The notes under the pieces were generated by a model. The model worked only from the letters and a program-made list of their open reading frames with translations, ran no database searches and had not been told where the DNA came from. A stretch of DNA of 64,000 nt, taken from assembly GCA_965178125.1 (NCBI GenBank), contig OZ237756.1, positions 124,001-188,000 of the forward strand, written 5' to 3'. The translations under genes were made by a program, and so were the position numbers. Of this stretch, positions 61,901 to 64,000 are shown piece after piece (the stretch's first letter is position 1; each line of letters starts with the position of its first letter). Source of the DNA: Bilabrum cf. latius. Taxonomy: Eukaryota.

Positions 61901-64000
61901 CGCTGCCGATGGGTGCTCGACTCAGCGATATACTGGGCAGGCCGCTGCCTGGTGGTGGGCTTGCTTCAAGCCCTCGGGTCTCCCGCAAAGGCTCAATGGA
62001 CTCCGCGGAGGGGATGGAAGCTGGATTCAACAGACGCGGGAGTATCACAAAGAGGAAAAGCTCGATCGATGCAATGATACAGCCAATCAAGATCCAGATG
62101 GACGGCATGTCAGGCGTATCCAAGGTGCATCCGGAGCCAACAACGGCTGGCCGGCACATCACATGGACCAAGCAAACCCCATTCGGTTCTCGCACTGGCG
62201 CTTCTCTTGGGCTATAGCACGGGCAGGAAGGGGGCATTAAAGCGTTCATGGGTCCGCTTAGAAAGCAGCGCCATCCTGGAATCGTCCCTGCCGTCTCACA
62301 GGAGGGCGATCAGCTCTTGCTGCTCGGTTGCTGCCAGCGAGTCTCTATCGCGGCATGTCCGGCGTTCTACGTCTTTCGGTACATGAAGCTGAGGCGACTG
62401 CTGACAAGCAGTGCACCACTCATGACTGCCCGTGGAGTTGCTGGAGACCAGTCGTGTGGCGTCCAGGGCATGATGCGGCAGCGGTCAACCCTAGATAAGG
62501 TACGCAGCACCAGGACCGACACGAAGCAGCCCCATGTCGACCCGATCCCGCTTCCGTCCGCTGCTCGCATGCACGGCAGTGACGCAGACCTTTTGGACCT
62601 GGCCGAGCTGGAGGACCCGGTGGTCGGCGCTGATATCGGAGAGGGCGTCGCAGTGGGCATGAAATGCGAGAAATTCCATGAAAGGGAGCGTGACATGGGC
62701 AAGATGTAGCGAGTCGGCGCTAAAACCGATACCTCCAGTCATGATGCTACCAGTAAAAAAAAATAGGACGATGGCGATGCATCGCGCGCGAGTGCTGATG
62801 CAGGCGCCGTAGTGGCGGCGGCAATGCCCAGAACTAGACCATTGGGATTCCAAGAATCTAAGCATCAGCAATCAATCCCTTCTGACAGCTGGTAGCCGAG
62901 CGCCGGCTTCTAGAATAGCGCGACCATGGATCCAGGACCACGCAGCGAGCAAAGCGCCAACATGCCCTCGGCACGCAGCATGCGAATACCCTCTGCTCGA
63001 AGCCTAGCGAGCGGTCTTCAAGCGCGGCTGGAGGGTGCTGGGGTCATGAGCCAGCCCAGTGGGACTGGATCATCCCTCACCACTCGAACACAGATCTAGC
63101 GACTCGTGAGGAGCCAGGTGGAGCCGGAGATCCGATCCATCCGGGTCATGGTGCTGGTGCTGGCGGCTGCCGTGGTGTGTCTCGGAGTGGGCGTGGTGCT
63201 GTACATACGACAAGTGACATCGAACGTCATGAACTCCTCCTCGTCGGTCTGGGTCGCGGGGCAGAGGCGCAGCGCGCTGCAGACGGGGCTGGATGCGGTG
63301 CTGTGGCTGAGTCTCCACAGCACTGCTGAGCAAGAGCGAGTATTGGCCGGTGCCAACGATCCGTCCTCGAGGCGGCTGTCCAGGATGTACCTGCCAATGA
63401 ACAGCAAGCTCGATGCCCTCGAGTCACTGCGGAATGCGGCAGGTGAACTAGATGCTGCGCAGACTAGGCTGTTTGAATTCGATGTGGATGAGTCCGTGCG
63501 CGACTTCGAGCAAGTGCAGGCGATGGAGCTGCAGCTGCCCGGACAGCCGGCGGGTGTAGTGCCAACTCGCGTGCCGCTCGCGCAGCACGTGCAGGAGGCG
63601 ATTGCCGCCATGCGGAGAATCGCTCGGGTGCCGCCTGGGAACATTACAGCGGTGCATCCCGACGTGCAGTTCCTGACTCTGAACAGCGACTTCTGGGACA
63701 TGGCCATGGGCCACTCGCTGAACCTAAGGTACTCCGAGTTCTCTGCTCTTTTCCCGCGCACTGTGCGTACCGTGATCATATTCGGGTCTGTCGCCGTGGT
63801 GCTTTACAACGTCGTGGGAGCCGTGTTCTTTGCTGCGCTCGTGCGATCCATTGGCGCGAAAGTACAGTGGTCTCTGAGCACTCTGCTCCTTCTGCCGAGA
63901 CGGTCTGCCAGAAGACTCGCGGGGCAGGCGCGAGTGCAGCTGACTCGACTAGCGAGCGAGATGCAAGGCGGGATGGATTCCGATAGCGAGCAGGATGATG
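58975..64000 (+). CDS. Multi-pass membrane PAS-domain protein (TmcB/TmcC-like); 3'-partial
   Basis: N-terminal TM cluster (LKILRAV...LYIPISTVLL*AMPC), TPR-like region, and PAS segment IVHANLAAARMFQYGPSQLLG*NVSIIVPPPIDAIHD, with further TM segments after 63140. Introns at about 59152-59197 and 60792-60904. Otherwise only TAG interruptions. Confidence 0.75.

Noticed and set aside
1-64000. Interpreting the many interrupted ORFs as pseudogenes
   Set aside because: The interruptions are exclusively TAG, never frameshifts or TAA/TGA, and they occur in essential genes (PES1, CCT1, RPN7) at Gln positions.

Overview
Gene-dense, GC-rich eukaryotic (protist) nuclear DNA with short GT-AG introns. A flagellated heterotroph such as a bigyran/bicosoecid-like stramenopile is my inference only. 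The main observation is a non-standard genetic code. The supplied ORF track is fragmented because almost every gene contains in-frame TAG codons, and several fall where the family consensus has Gln (Pescadillo ITRT*AVKRLQ, CCT1 G*DVRTQN, RPN7 IA*R, PAS LLG*NVS, RT AIK*LKSGKA). Genes end in TGA, or once in TAA, so UAG=Gln while UAA and UGA remain stops. Under that code the window holds about 18 host genes: a partial SAM methyltransferase, a low-complexity Myb-like protein, RPN7, a Myb/ankyrin protein, a 2581-aa split MFS transporter, a cystathionine lyase, a CHASE hybrid histidine kinase, a secreted unknown, a TEX49-like protein, NDUFAF6, Pescadillo, a beta-helix protein, YhhN, CCT1, RNase T2, two tandem MGC-start paralogues of an unrecognised family, and a partial PAS/TM protein. 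It also holds an intact single-ORF non-LTR retrotransposon (APE+RT) followed by an RLE-like coding segment. All gene models were reconstructed by eye; no searches were run.
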